From assembly GCA_038087875.1 (NCBI GenBank), contig CM075998.1, forward strand, positions 1,178,001-1,242,000: 64,000 bases of DNA. Reading direction: 5' to 3'. How positions within the stretch are numbered: the first letter of the stretch is position 1; the number at the start of each line of letters is the position of its first letter. The notes below the pieces were generated by a model. The model did no database searches, was not told the DNA's origin, and saw only the letters and a list, made by a program, of their open reading frames with translations. The translations under genes and the position numbers were made by a program. This document shows positions 27,046 to 41,269 of the stretch, piece after piece. This DNA is from Malacoraja senta (taxonomy: Eukaryota).

Positions 27046-30000
27046 TCAAACTAACAACTGAGTAAAACTATTTAGGAGTTGTCAACACAAGTCAAATGTT
27101 TTTCTTAGGGAGCCGTGTCATAATTTGCGAATTGTTATTGTACACAATAACCAGTATGTTAGTGCTCGGCCCAACCCACGCATTGGAGTGTGCGTCAGCT
27201 CTGCTCGACTGCTCCTCGACCTGCACCTCTGGACTGATTACGTGGCTCTCAGACCTGTCTGAACACATGCTGATTATCACAGAAAAGAATGCAGAGGTGG
27301 CTTCAACCTGAATCTACTTGAACAGTGCAAGAGAAACGCCAAAATCAATGGAGCAAGCAGCCCCACATGCACAGAGCTGCCCTTTGAACACAACAGCTTC
27401 ACTGCACTCACAGCACAAATTGACTAACTCGGCGTTATACCCGCACAGTGACTGGAAAATGCCTTGTTCACAGCAAGAGAAAAAGCTAGAAAGCAAAATG
27501 AAAACTTGCTGTTGACGGCAACCAAGATGGCAGTGGTGGAAGGCAAAGGGGAAAGTTGGCGGCTGTGAAAGATTCGCAAACTCACCTCCCACACACTTGG
27601 AAAGCACCCTGAAGCTGTGATCGGCTCGGGAAGTGGGACACAGTGACCTTGACTTATGGAAGCGGAGGGGCGCCTGCTGGAGGCGGCAGACGGCAGGTTT
27701 GCCGTGGTGACGGTGGCGGCTGCGGGAGGCACAACAGCAGCCGGGTGAGCAGAGCCAGCGGCATCTGCATGGAGCAGTGGGGGACAGAGCCGATGGCTTC
27801 ACGCTGGGCCAGGCTGAGCCCCATGTCATCGATCTAGTGCCGCCACATTACCGGGGTTTAAAGTGAGAAAATAAGAAATTGAACATCTCCTCGGACCAAG
27901 ATCGGATTTTTCAGAGACTCGGAAGTTGCAAGATGGCGCTGGAACATGGTGAATCACTGCGTGCAGTTCCAGAAAGGGATTTATTGTACTCCTGTATAAT
28001 ATGATTGAATAGATAGCATGCAGAACAAGCATTTCACTGTATCTTTGTACACATGACTATAAATAAACAAATTAACTTAGTCGCGGCGGAGGGCATCAAC
28101 AACATCACCTGGCCAGGTCGATCCATCAATTCCAACCCAGTGCTGCCACCAGGACAACTAACAGTGAAGACTAACATTTAACAAATTTGAACTTGAAGGG
28201 TACAAGATGGCACCGAAAACACTTGGGTACAGCGCCAGTGTAATCTACTATTCTTACAGTGTGTACTCGAGTATGATTGTACCCATAATGAATGAAATAC
28301 AACACGTGTGCACCAGATAGATATACCCTATAGATTTAAGTGGGATTTAAAGTGAAGGCACATATAACATACAATAAAAGGACTATTCAGTTCAAAGCTT
28401 GGAGTACGAAAACTGGTGAATCGTGAAGCCTTTTAAAAGAAAGACTCCCCATACAACCCTGTTCGTTATGTTTATATGTCCATGTGCACCAGTTCACTCC
28501 AAAGAAAATGCAACAGGTGGGAGAGTGGATACTCACAATAGGTCAATGTTCAGATAGGTTAGCAGATGGGAAACAGTAGACGGCACAAACAAAAGCAGAG
28601 TCAAGCTATTCAGACAATGAGCCACACTCAGCCACTTTACTGCTGCTGGACAGTAACCCAACCCAACATTTGGGAGATGGAGGGAAAAATGAAACCAAAG
28701 GAAGGAAAACTGACCAAAAAAAAAATCAGGAGGGTGGAAGACGAGTGCGAATAGTCACTGAATGACTTGCTGTTTGAGTGTTCACCATCACCACTTTGGC
28801 AAGGGCAATTATACATGGCCCCATAAAATACATTAATAAAAAGAAACTCAGGAAGTTATACAGAAAATCTAAATGTACGATATGGTGCAAAAGAATACAT
28901 TTCCATGTATGTGTGGCCACTGTCCAAACAACCTGTACCCAAAATGAAAATACAAGGCCAAGGCCCAGCCTCCAAATGACCAATGCGATGGCCTAGTGGC
29001 TTAATACAGATCAATATTGCACCGAATCCTAGGTTTAATTCCCAGCCTAGAGTCAAAGTCTTACAACATGGAAACAGCCCTTTTAGCCCAACTTGTGCAC
29101 ACCGGCCAACATGTCCATCTACACTCATCCCACATGCCCGCGTTTGGCCCATATCCCTCTAAACCCGCCCTATCTATGTACCCATCTAAACGTTTCTTAA
29201 ACGTTGTGCAAGTTAGCCAACTTAAACTAGACCAATGGTGGTGCAACGTAAAGTGTCCAAGTGTCTCTGGACTTGAGAATGAGAAGCTCTGCTCCCAAGC
29301 CATTCAACGTTCCCTGGTGAAAGATGCACGAGAAGGTGAAATATCTAACCACGTTTGTGGTCGATGAATCAGCCAAATTCTCACGCAAAACGATTCAGCC
29401 AAGCCACCACATGGCTGTTGGCAATTACAATACCACATCTCCGTTTATGTCAGTATTTTGGGGGGGGGAAGGAGTAAAAGAAAACACATACACCTATTGT
29501 GCCGTTCTAAAACTTGCCAAATCCAGCTATCCTCGAGGGCTTACAGAGCAATATTTCATGTCCAAATCGCAGTGGGAAATAAACGGCGACCACCCAAGCC
29601 TCCTCGCCATCTGGCTGCCAGCGTCTCACTGAGGTTACATCTGATACCAGAGGTGTAAAAAAAAAAGCACCAAACCCAAAGCATAAATCAAAACAAGATC
29701 AATTTTTTTTTTGCTGGGAATTTCAACTTTGCAAATTAAATCAACGTGCGCACAAAAACCAAATCAAAAACACATTACTGCCTGGCAAACGCACAAATCA
29801 TGTGAAGCACAAACTGACACATCCAATTTTCCAATAATCCACCTCACCCTGCTAATTTAGTGAGCAATTCTACATTTAAAAGCTCCCCAACAGAAGCTAT
29901 TCTTGCACAAAGAGCTGACATTTAAGTAGCCAGCCGGAGAACAGTCCCTGCAAAGTATTGTGACCGTCAACAACATTCACATCATTCATACATTTGACAA

Positions 30001-30052
30001 CATTGCAAGCCTAGGAAGTGAGAATATATTGGAGCGTGGGACTATGCAGTGT

Positions 30053-30345
30053 AGACTTTTAGAGATACAATGCGGAAATAGGCCCTTCAGCCCACCGAGT
30101 ACACACTGACCAGTGATCACCCCGTACACTAGCACTAACCTCCACACCAAGGACAATTTACAATTCCACCGAAGCCAATTAACCTACAAACCTGTACTTC
30201 TTTGCAGTGTGGGAGGAAACCGGAGCACCTGGAGAAAACCCACGCGGTCACAGGGAGAACTCCGTACCGGCAGCACCCATAGTCAGGATCGAACCCGGGT
30301 CTCTGGCGTTGTAAGGCAGCAACTCTACCGCTTCGCCACCATGCT
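30053..30345 (-). mobile_element. HE1 (V-SINE) copy, near full length
   Basis: A/B-box head ggtggcgaagcggtagagt...ggttcgatcc, V-domain and tail. Confidence 0.85.
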
Positions 30346-32579
30346 ACCAATGTGGCAGTTAAGAGGGAAACAGTCCAAAACAAAAAAAGAGCAGTCGCCC
30401 ACTCTGGTGCATGTTAGAACAGACATACATACTACAACAATCCTGAGCAAGAGGGAAGACAATTCTGAAGAAAAAAAGCCCGCTTATCAATATTCATTTT
30501 CCCCTAAGCTGACACACCTCCAGTTTCCCCTCACAGGGCACACTCAAAAGGAGTAAGAAAAATTATCTGGGGGAACTTTACTGCATTTTGCAAGTGAAAC
30601 ATTAAATGGAAAATTTAGTGCCCAAATCATTTCAGATACCATCTTCGTAGAAAACCATCTTGGAGATTCAATACCAAGAATCAGGAACAGGTTGCCAAAT
30701 CCATGGAAAAAAAATGAAGAGAGCAGCAAACTACACACAAAAGCTGCCCATAAAACAAGTGTATACACGCAGGCTCCATAGCCCATGCCATGCATTTGGA
30801 GGAAACTGATGAGGCTCCTTAGCGCGAGATCAAGAGTCAAGAGAATTGCATGCCAGTTGAAAGCTACTTTTAAAACGCATTCAACTAAAATAGGACAGGA
30901 GAAATAGAAAAACCAGAGAGAGATAAAACTCCAAAAGACTAAATTTCAAATATTCCGCGTCAAAACACATGGCAGAATGGCTGCCAGAATTACAATATAA
31001 TCATGTTAGCAAGTTCCATAGTACAATAACTGTTACTTAAAGTGCAGCACTTTGCTTTCTTCGTTCACTGAACCCAGCAATATTTAATTAGATGTAATAA
31101 ATAAATCAAGTTTTATACCCTCAATCAAGTCTCATTATTATTGCTCTTGGTTTCTGTTGAACTTCTTTAGGTTTCGCGTGGTTGGGAACAATCTTATTTC
31201 ACAGAAAGTGGCTATTTGGCCCATCATAGCCCAGCCGCAACTCATCTGTATACAACTCTTGTAAGATTGAAATGCTTCAACTAGGCAGCAATATCGGGGA
31301 CAATTTGTCAATTTTGCTGCACTGCTAGGTCTTCCCTTCTGCATTCATTTAAAAAAAAATTACAAATACATGACTCAAGCCTGTTGCAGTATAATCCAAT
31401 TCCCAATGGACTTTGTCATTTCTATATGGCTGATAATTGATGCTGTACAGATTATATTTCAGAGCCGTATAAAAAAGGGTATTTTAAAAAGAGTAATTGC
31501 AGTTAGTACAAGTAATCCCAAATCAACTGCAGCACATTTTTTCCACTTTTAAATACGAGAGGAAGTCAGCAGTAGGATCAAGCACAATCTCATTTTATAC
31601 TGATAAACATGTCAAACGAGGAAAGGCAAGGGCCATACGATTTAAGAACTTTTTAAAGTGTAATCTTTCCAACGTCTTATGGTGAGAGTTTTCCAGTTCT
31701 GAAGCACTTCCATCAAAGAAATAATTTGAACCTCAAACCATATTAACCCTTGCTAAAAATGAAACTATTTTTCAACACCCACCCACCCTGATATACATTG
31801 ACTAACATATTCTAACACTTAAGCATATTTGTGCAATATTCAAGAATCTTGAGAATAAAACACTTATCTTAGAATCGAGGACCCACTGGAAAAGAAAAGT
31901 ACCCTGGAGTGCATTTTAAAATAATTTAAAATGAGTAATTTTAAAGATTCGTAGACACAAAATGCTGGAGTAACTCAGCGGGACAGGCAGCATCTCTGGA
32001 GAGAAGGAATGGGTGATGTTTCGGGTCGAGACCCTGCTTCTGAAGCAGTTCCTTCCTAAACATTTTAAAGATTCATTGGGAACACTATTTCCACCCCACA
32101 GATTTTACAGGTTGGTATTAAAACAATAGTTTATGCCCAGACAGAAAGTTGCAAAGGATTGGAAGAGATAAATAGCACACAACAAATCAAAAGTTATCAG
32201 ACAAGACCAGACTAAGAGACTACAGGAAGGACCAAGATATGTTTACATACATGCAAACCGAAGAAGCAGATTACACAAGATTGGAAGTGAAGGATTCCAA
32301 TCATTCCAATGTTCAGGTAAGATAGGGATCAGAGGAAAGGAGGGGCAGTGGTAGTATTGAAAAGGAGAAAACAAAGTTGAAGAGGGAGAGAATGTCCTGG
32401 AACGAACAAGGACAGAATTGGTTTAAAATTAAGAAAGATGTAATTACTGTACAGGAATCATTCAATAGGCTGCTAACTAGCAGGAAGAGAATGCAAATCA
32501 AGTTGGCAGGTAAATTGCAGCCATGGTTTTTTTTCTACAGTGGGAGTGAGGAGTACCAACTATCTAAAATGTGGGTCAA

Positions 32580-32905
32580 AGCATGGGAACAGGACCTTTG
32601 ACCCAGCTTGCCCACGCCGACCAAGATGCCCCACCTACGCTCGTCCCACCTGCATTTGGCCCATATCCCTCCAAACCTATCCTATCCATGTACTTATCCA
32701 AATGTCTCTTAATCTCATCCACTCCCAACACACCAGGGGCAATTTTAAAAGAAACCAATTAACCTACAAACCCTCACGTCTTTAGAATGTAAGCGGAAAC
32801 CCACACGGTCACAGGTAGAACGTACAAACTCCGTAAAGACATCACCCGTACTCAGGATCAAACCCGGGTCTTTTGTGCAGCAAGGCAGCAACTCTGCCGC
32901 TACTC
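32580..32905 (-). mobile_element. CR1 3' tail fragment plus HE1 SINE fragment
   Basis: cccacctgcatttggcccatatccctccaaacc followed by the HE1 body. Confidence 0.75.
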
Positions 32906-33677
32906 CACCCCCTCAAACCTCGACAGGCAAAACAAACAGAACAAAACACCTTCCAAAATATGGAAATATTTTATCCATAGTCCAGATACATTACATACCC
33001 TCCTTTATCATGGAATGTTAAATCCAGAGCTCCCTGGTTTGACCAAGGGACAGCGTAGAACTGGGGAGAATAATCTGATACCAGGTTACTAACACAAGCA
33101 GGAACTATCCCGATTGCAGAAAGTATTTGCGGCTGTCCCCCCTCCCTGAAATAAGAAAACAAGAGATAAAAAGAATGTAAAATATTGCAAGCATGCAAAC
33201 AGGAAAAATAAGTTCAAGGAAAATAGAGATCCAAAAAGAAATCTACTCATGGAGGCAGAGGACACGAGGTACAAAATGAGAACACTACGTGCGGTCGATT
33301 CGCAAAAGGGACACAGAGGTGTTGAACTGACTGAAAAGTGATCAAGGATGTATAGGAAGGCTGGTGGCACTAAAAGTAGACAAATAACATGGTCCAAATG
33401 CGATTTATCCAAGATTTCTCAAGAGGAGGAGGAAATTGCAGAGGCCCTGACCATAATCAGTAGTTTGAAGGGTGGCACCCAAGGACAGGCCTGCAAATGT
33501 TACACCATGTGTAGGGATAATCCACTAACTATAGACTACTTTAATCTTTGTGGCAAGAAATAACAGTCACTTGGACAAATGTGACTTGAGTAGAGAAAAC
33601 AGCATGGATGGTCCAAGCTAAACTCCATCCAGTATTTTTTTGGGATGATGAAGAGGGTTTTTTGTTTGTATATTTTT

Positions 33678-33960
33678 GTTTAGAGGTACAGCATTGAAAC
33701 AGACTCTATGCCCATCAAGTTCATGCCAACCATAGATCACCCGCTCGCACTAGTTCTACTTTGGCATCCACTCCCTACACACTTGGGGAAATTTAGAGGT
33801 CAATTAACCTACAAACCCACCTTTGGGATCTGGGAGGAAGCCCATGCAGTCACAGGGAGAACGTGCAAACTCCACACATAAATCATCCAAGGTCTGGATA
33901 GAATGCAGGTCTCTCACACTGCGAGGCAGCAGCTCTACCAGCTGCATCACTCTGCCACCC
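33678..33960 (-). mobile_element. HE1 (V-SINE) copy, diverged
   Basis: Recognisable head, V-domain and tail. Confidence 0.7.
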
Positions 33961-35519
33961 TTTGATCAGGTAAACACCGTTCATGGACTTAAAAATAAAA
34001 AGGCTTGTCATCACGAATGAAGCCCATGAAATAGAGGAGCTTCAGCAGCATGGAGAAAAAATGGTCAAGTGATTAATTGTTTAAATAACAGCAGTGAAAT
34101 ATCCTTTTCTGACAGGAGGAATGCATGCAATGAAGTTTCTAAAAGGGTCAGCACTTGGACCAACTCTAACTTAATTTATTAAGGATTTGTACGTGAAGTT
34201 TAAAAGTACTGGTTCCAAATTTGCAGAGGACACACCACTTGGAAATGTCACAAAATGTTTGAAAGATAGCAAGGAGATGGAGAGAGGCTGGAAGAACAGG
34301 CAGATAAGTAGCAATTGAAACTTAATATGGAGAAACTTTAGGAAAGGGCAATATAAACTCCCAAGGGGGCACTAGAACAGAGAGATCAGTGGGTATCACT
34401 TCATTAAAAGTGACGGGGCAAGTTGAGAAAGTAGTTTCTTAAATAATAAAAGGCATTTGGGACCCTTCACTTTACCATACTGAAGCTTACCATATTCCCA
34501 ACATCCATTGGCAAGTACAGAACTGGAGAGCCTATTCACTTGCCCTCGTAAGATCTAAGAATACGATCAAGCCAAGCATTTGATGCCCACAGAGACACAG
34601 GGAACTGGAATCTTGAGCAAAACTAAAAGCACTGGAGCAACTCAGTGGGTCAGGCAGCAGCCCAAAATGTTACCTATCCACAGATACTGGCTGACCCACT
34701 GAGCTCCTCCAGCACTTTGTTTTACTTTTAATACCCATCTCATTGGACTGCAGGTGGCAGTGGGACCACTCCAAAGAGATTTATTTTTTGCATCCAGTGT
34801 GGCAAATTGATCCATTTTGTCAAACAAAACACTCACCACATAAATATGCCCTGCACCAATGGACTCCTGGCCAATTTCCCGGTGAAGTGGTCCCAACGTT
34901 ATATGCATTTAAGTAATGCACATCTCCAAATAACATCAGATTAGAGCAAAACAAAAAAAGCATTGAAATTTAAGTTTAAAATAGCAGAAGACAGAGCCTC
35001 ATTGTTTGTGAGCTACAAGAGTTACTTTGCAGCTATTTATAACCAAATAATCGGGCTATGTTACCAACAGATAGTGTGCCTGCTTGGTTCGATAAGTGAT
35101 ACTAACTTGTTGCAGGAAAGCTTATTTTAATGGAACCATTGTTTTGGGATTTATAATCTGCCTGAAGTGCTTGAAATACAGAATTTTTAGAAGCAGTCAG
35201 AATTCAAATAGATCTCACAAAATATCAATCCAAAACAAAAGTAAGTACTCACCCCAAGTTCAAAAGGCTTTTCAAAAATAACCTACAACTTTCAGATTGA
35301 AGCTCAGATACATACATCTACAATGCCCAAACAAAACACAAGTTTAAACTACTTTGAAGTTCAACTAACACTAAATAGAGAGGATGAGGATAGATTAAGC
35401 ACAGGCTGAGGTCCAGAGACTACATTGATAACTCAAGGATAAATTGAATAAACATATTGAGTATGCGTTTATTCACACACATATACCCTTTCAAAATCAG
35501 TACCTTTACAGTGGAGGAT

Positions 35520-35955
35520 TGATACAAAGTGCTGGGGTAACTTAGCAGGTCAGGCAGCATCTCTGGAGAAAAAGGATAGGTGACATTTGAGGTTTCGTTT
35601 AGAGATACAACGTGGAAACAGGCCTTCTCCCCATAACCCCCCCCGACACCACCGCGCCGACCAGCGATCCCCGCACACTAACACTATCCTACACACTAGG
35701 GACAATTACACTATTTTACTGAAGCCAATTAACCTACAAACCTGTAGGTTTTTGGAGTGTGGGTGGAAACTGGAGCACCCAGAGAAAATCCATGCGAGAA
35801 CGTAAAAACTCCACAAGGTCAGGACCCTTCTTCACAGGCTGAAGAAATGTCACCTATCCTTTTCCTCCAGAGATGCTGCCTGACCGGCTGAGTTACTCCA
35901 GCACTTTATGTCTATCTTTGGTATAAATCAGCATCGGCAGTTTTTTTAGTTCTAC
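35520..35955. repeat. Palindromic Penelope terminal-repeat pair with an HE1 SINE (~35597-35812, minus) nested in its centre
   Basis: Inverted gcagcatctctggagaaaaaggataggtgacat / atgtcacctatccttttcctccagagatgctgc arms surround the SINE body. Confidence 0.7.
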
Positions 35956-35979
35956 CTTTACAGTGGAATTCTGATTCAC

Positions 35980-36500
35980 ATAGAAACATGGAAACATAGA
36001 AAATAGGTGCAGGAGTAGGCCATTCGGCCCTTTGAGCCTGCACCGCCATTTGATATGATCATGGCTGATCATCCAACTCAGTATCCCATCCCTGCCTTCT
36101 CTCCATACCCCCTGATCCCTTTAGCCACAAGGGCCACATCTAACTCCCTCTTAAATATAGCCAATGAACTGGCCTCAACTACCTTCTGTGGCAGACAATT
36201 CCACAGATTCACCACTCTGTGTAAAAAATGATTTCCTCATCTCGGTCCTAAAAGTCTTCCCTCTTATCCTTAAACTGTGACCCCTAGTTCTGGACTTCCC
36301 CAACATCGGGATTAATCTTCCTGCATCTAGCCTGTCCAACCCCTTAAGAATTTTGTAAGTTTCTATAAGATCCCCCCTCAGTCTTCTGAATTCCAACGTG
36401 TACAAGCCGAGTCTATCCAGTCTTTCCTCATATGAAAGTCCTGCCATCCCAGGAATCAGTCTGGTGAACCTTCTCTGCACTCCCTCTATGGCAAGAATGT
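35980..36500 (-). mobile_element. Young CR1 LINE 3' fragment
   Basis: ILAIEGVQRRFTRLIPGMAGLSYEERLDRLGLYTLEFRRLRGDLIETYKILKG... with (tttctatg)n tail. Confidence 0.92.
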
Positions 36501-36694
36501 GAGGAAATATGCAAATCCTCCCAAATGACAATCATACAAGCACTTGCAGGTGGCTTAGTCTGAATCAGGGACCAACATTAAGTATTTATGATAAAAACAG
36601 AAAATGTTGGATATACTCCACACTTATAGCAAACCGAGGACAAAAGAAAAGCCAGAATCCCACCACAGAGCCAAACCTAGATGGGTAAAGTTGC

Positions 36695-37555
36695 AATTCT
36701 TAAAGGTTTGGACAGGATAGATGCAGGAAAAATGTTCCCGATGTTGGGGGAGGCCAGAATCAGGGGTCACAGTTTAAGAATAAGTGGTAGGCCATTTTAG
36801 ACTGAAATGAGGAAAAACCTTTTCACCCAGAGAGTTGTGAATCTGTGGAATTCTCTGCCACAAAAGGAAGTGGGGGCAAATTCACGGGATGTTTTCTAGA
36901 GAGAGTTAGATTTAGCTCTTGGGGCTAAAGGAATCAAGGGATATGGGGAAAAAGCAGGAACGGGGTACTGATTGGGGATGATCAGCCATGATCATATTGA
37001 ATGGCGGTGCAGGCTCGAAGGACCAAATGGCCTACTCCTCAGATTCAGATTCAACTTTATTGTCATTGTGCAGTGTACAGTACAGAGACAACGAAATTCA
37101 GTTAGCATCTCCCTAGAAGAGCGGCATAAATATGAGCAGTAAATAAACCTAATAAATCCTGGTGGGATGAGTATCCGGGGGGGGTGATTGGCAGTCACCG
37201 AGGTACAGTGTTGAGTAGTGTAACAGCCGCAGGGAAGAAGCTGTTCCTGGACCTGCTGGTCCGACAACGGAGAGACCTGTAGCACCTCCCGGATGGTAGG
37301 AGGGTAAACAGTCTGTGGTTGGGGTGAGAGCAGTCCTTGGCGATGCTGAGCGACCTTCGCAGACAACGCTTGCTTTGGACAGACTCAATGGAGGGGAGTG
37401 AGGAACCGGTGATGCGTTGGGCAATTTTCACCACCCTCTGCAGTGCTTTCCGGTCGGAGACAGAGCAGTTGCCATACCATACTGTGATACAGTTGGTAAG
37501 GATGCTCTCGATGGTGCAGCGGTAGAATTCCTGCACCTATTTTTCTATGTTTCTA
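36695..37555 (+). mobile_element. CR1 LINE 3' fragment interrupted by a Rex1/Babar insertion
   Basis: CR1 tail ggcctactcct|...|gcacctatttttctatgtttcta is split at 37039/37529. Confidence 0.85.
37040..37528 (-). mobile_element. Rex1/Babar-type (DUF1891 C-terminus) LINE 3' fragment, young
   Basis: Uninterrupted FYRCTIESILTNCITVWYGNCSVSDRKALQRVVK...HPNHRLFTLLPSGR...NSFFPAAVTLLN, then AATAAA and a (gaatct)n tail. Confidence 0.88.
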
Positions 37556-37684
37556 AGTAGGCTATGTCATCACACCAGCCTTTCTCACTGCAATACAACA
37601 CCTTGCCTCCAACAACTGAGCTGGAATGGAACTAAACCACAGCATGAACAGAATTTGGACGTCTCCATATTCTCTGCAGCCGCT

Positions 37685-37872
37685 CCAGTTTCCTCCCACA
37701 TCCCAATGACGTGCGGTTTTGCAGGTTAATTGACCTCTGCAAATTGCCCCCAGTGTGTTGGGAGTGGATGAGAAAGGGGGATAGCATGGAACTATTGTGA
37801 ACGGATGATCGATCGTTGGTGCGGACTCGGTGGGAAGAACAGCCAGTTTCCATGCTGCATCTCCAAACTAAA
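37685..37872 (+). mobile_element. HE1 (V-SINE) 3' part
   Basis: gtttcctcccacatcc...ggactcggtggg...tctccaaactaaa. Confidence 0.7.
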
Positions 37873-40800
37873 AACTCACTCAAGAAAAAGTAAATGCCCC
37901 AGAGATGAGCATCTACAAACTGACTGCCACATTTACAGACCCTTCAAAAATTCAAAATTGGGATTATTTATTGATACCTGCTGGTGACACTTGAAACAGC
38001 TTTATTTACACAATAATCCAGTAACATTTTAAATGGGACAAATTTCACAACAGCTATAAGAAGCACAAGGGGGAAAGAAAAAGTCCCTGTATACGCAGCA
38101 AATATCAATTATTTTTCTTATTTTTCCAGCAATATTACTGTGTAGAGGAAACTAGCCAGGAATGACACACACACTAACAAATTCCTTCGTCCCAGATTTG
38201 AATACAACTGCTTTGAACCTCACTCAAGATGGCGCAGAGATTTACAAGGATGTTGCCAGGGCTGGAGAATTGTAGATACAATTATAGATTGGCCAAGCTG
38301 GGAAAAAACAAAAATTGGGCTTGTGTTCTCAGTACTGCACTGGGTGTCAGCTCAGATTTGGATGCGAGTCTCCATAGAAGGACTAGAACCCACAACCTTC
38401 CAATTGGGATGAGGGCATTAACCACCGAGCAGTGACGGACGTCAGTGCTTATTCAAGTTGTAACACAGTTTAAATTGTCAAAACTGTTATGTGGCAACAT
38501 GAATAAAAGTTAAAATTTAGTTAATTTATTCTCCGGAACTCAAGTAGAATATTATCCTGACAGTGGTGACCAATGAAGAGAGAGATCTTGATGGGCAGCA
38601 CTGCCGTTTGTGTAAAAGGTCAATTAGCCACAGAGCGAGATTAGACCCACAGAATTGTTGCCAGCATAAACTGTAAAATTACAAACAAGGAGAAAAATGC
38701 CAACCCGTGTCCTCCTCCCCCCCAAACAAACCCCATCCAAGATCAATCCCAGTTCAGCAGGGAAAAGCAGGGTGTGAACAGAACACCCCCTGATCTCCAG
38801 TCAGCGATTGAGAATCTTTTCAAGCATCAAAATGAAGCCTCCAAGTATTTGATGCTGGTGAACAAAGCTCCACCGTCTGGTTATTCAGGTTGTGGGACTT
38901 CAGGCCGTAAAAGAATGTGAAAGGCAGGACTTCAGGGCAATATTTCCACACTGGTTAAATCTCAAATGTCAAATTCATTTTAGCTGTGCCTTTTAAGCAG
39001 CAGTATCATATTGACATAACAGCACTCTGTCATAAATCAGACAGACTTTTGGTGACTAAGATTTTGGAAAGTAGGCTATGCCTTTAATGGAGGTTGGGGA
39101 GTGGTGATGCGAGGTAAAGAAAGTCCCATCTCAGTTGAGTGCGAATAGTCTCCAGACACAAACCACCGGAAAGGTTGGGGCAGCTTTGCAAAGTACACAA
39201 ATTGCCGCCACATTTTGGGAACAGCTTTTAACCCTTGTATTTAGGGTCAGGTTTTCTGCAAAAGAAACATGTAATTTATGTTCTCAAACATAATGCCAAG
39301 TGCTACATACACACACATGCAGGGAGAAGCAAGAAAATTCATAGCATCCAAAAATAACCGCTCATACTTGTCTGTGGAGGTGCAAAGCACAATTACACAA
39401 GCCCCCACCAAGCCATTAATCAATCCATCTATGAAAATTATTTATTTGATCTTGGATCAGATTGTGCTGTGATTTTCATTCGAAAAACTCCCCATGCTTC
39501 TTTAATTAGAAACAAACCTATTCAAGCTTCATGACAACATCTCGCTCATTAAAAAAACCTCAGACCCAAAGGTTTCCATGTGGCAGTTGGGCAGAATTAT
39601 GGAAATGCTAATTTGTAGCCCAGTTCGAACTCCAAAGACAATTATGAAGGAGGACAGCAAAGCTAGCCCCTCTGTACCAACTCAAAGTACATTTCCAACA
39701 TTTCTCTTCTTTCCATCATTCCTTGCCAACAGTTCCTTTTATAAAAAATCTGCAGCTGGCACTATTTTCATTTGTTGCAATCCACACCCAGCTGCAAGCC
39801 CAAATTAAAATCTTCCATCTATATTAATAGGCAAGAACAAAAACTGAATATTACATAAGATAAGCCTCCACCTTAAACTTGCTTTAAATGGATCAGAGTT
39901 GTCTGCCTTCTACCATGAACAACAAATTGGACAAAATATTATATATTTTTTTAAAAGAGACAACTTTTAAAAATAAAACAGTCAAGAAACTGGAATTAAA
40001 TCTTTTGGATAACCTTCTTTCCATTTCAAGATGCTGCTCACTTGGAGGTACTGTTCCATAGCAATGCAGCCTTCATAAACCCAAGCATCGAGCTTTATAT
40101 TCAAGCTGGGACAACAAATGATTTAAACCTGAGGGAAGGGCAGAACTAGGACCTGCAATCCTCCTATTCCCAACAAAAGCATTTATATTGGATCCTTAAA
40201 AAAGCCAAAAGGAATTTCACAGCAGCAGGACAAAAAGATGTTAGACCCAGTGATGCACCGTGAAGAACCACTGCTTCAAAGTGCCCGACACCAGGGTTCA
40301 ATCCTGACCTCAGGTGCTGTCTGCTTGTTCTCCCTCAGACTTTCCTCCCACATCACAAAGACATGACAGTTGATAGATTAATTGGCCACTAAATGGGCAA
40401 ATGAGTCAGCACAGTCTCAGTGGCTGAATGACCCAATACTGCACTGCGTGACTCCATGACATTAAAATGGGGTTGGTCAGAGATTTAGTCAGACAGGTAG
40501 ATGCAAAAAGCACGACAGAAGAAGGGGTGCATACACGCAAGAAACAGCACAGTATGTGGAAGGCCTCTGAGATTAGCTCCCTGTCAGATAAATGATTGGG
40601 CTTGATGATAGAATGAGTTTATCAAGAGAGTAAAATTGGAGAGGCACAAAGATCTAAGGGCTGACAAGGAAACCAGAAGGTAAAAAAACTATGGTGTGAT
40701 TTGAAAGAAAGGCTGAGAAGTTTTTAAACTGTTTAACTGAGAGCCAGTGTAATTTAGTAAGCATAGGGAAGAAGGGCAGGTGCAATTTAGTGCGTCAAGA

Positions 40801-41269
40801 TACAGGGTGGAAGTGATTTTGGTGACCTCAAATTTACAGAGAATAGAACGGGCAGGACTGCATTGGAAGCTTTGAGTCAAGGAGATAAAGGCGTGGCAGG
40901 CCTATAAAACGGTGAGTCAGCCGATGCCAAGAAAGAAAATTTGTACGCAGGTTCCTGAATTTTCATGTCAGGTTACTGGCAGTATCAAACAAATTAGGAA
41001 ACTTCATGGTGTTGGCAATAAATGCAATATGCTTTAAGGTAATAAAATCCATGTTTGATTAGTTGTGCAAATTTTGCTATCCATACTTACAAATTTCCAT
41101 TCTAGATACCTTCTCCCTTTCAGGCACGCCTTTATTGATCAAGCCTTTGTATGAACAATGAGTGTTAACAGAAGAGAAAGACTTGTATAAAAGGGGGAAT
41201 TCTTCGCAGTTCAGGCTCATATAAAAAAAAGGAGTTATGCAAAAGACAGTTGCAGTCAACACAGAAGAT

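Noticed and set aside
27314-27837. 171-aa and overlapping ORFs in a GC-rich patch
   Set aside because: No recognisable homology and adjacent to repeat-like sequence.
30290-30345. tRNA-like A/B boxes
   Set aside because: These are SINE heads; no cloverleaf tRNA gene.
39081-39090. Perfect CArG box CCTTTAATGG (EPLIN-alpha is SRF-regulated)
   Set aside because: Several such 10-mers are expected by chance in 64 kb, and there is no promoter context.
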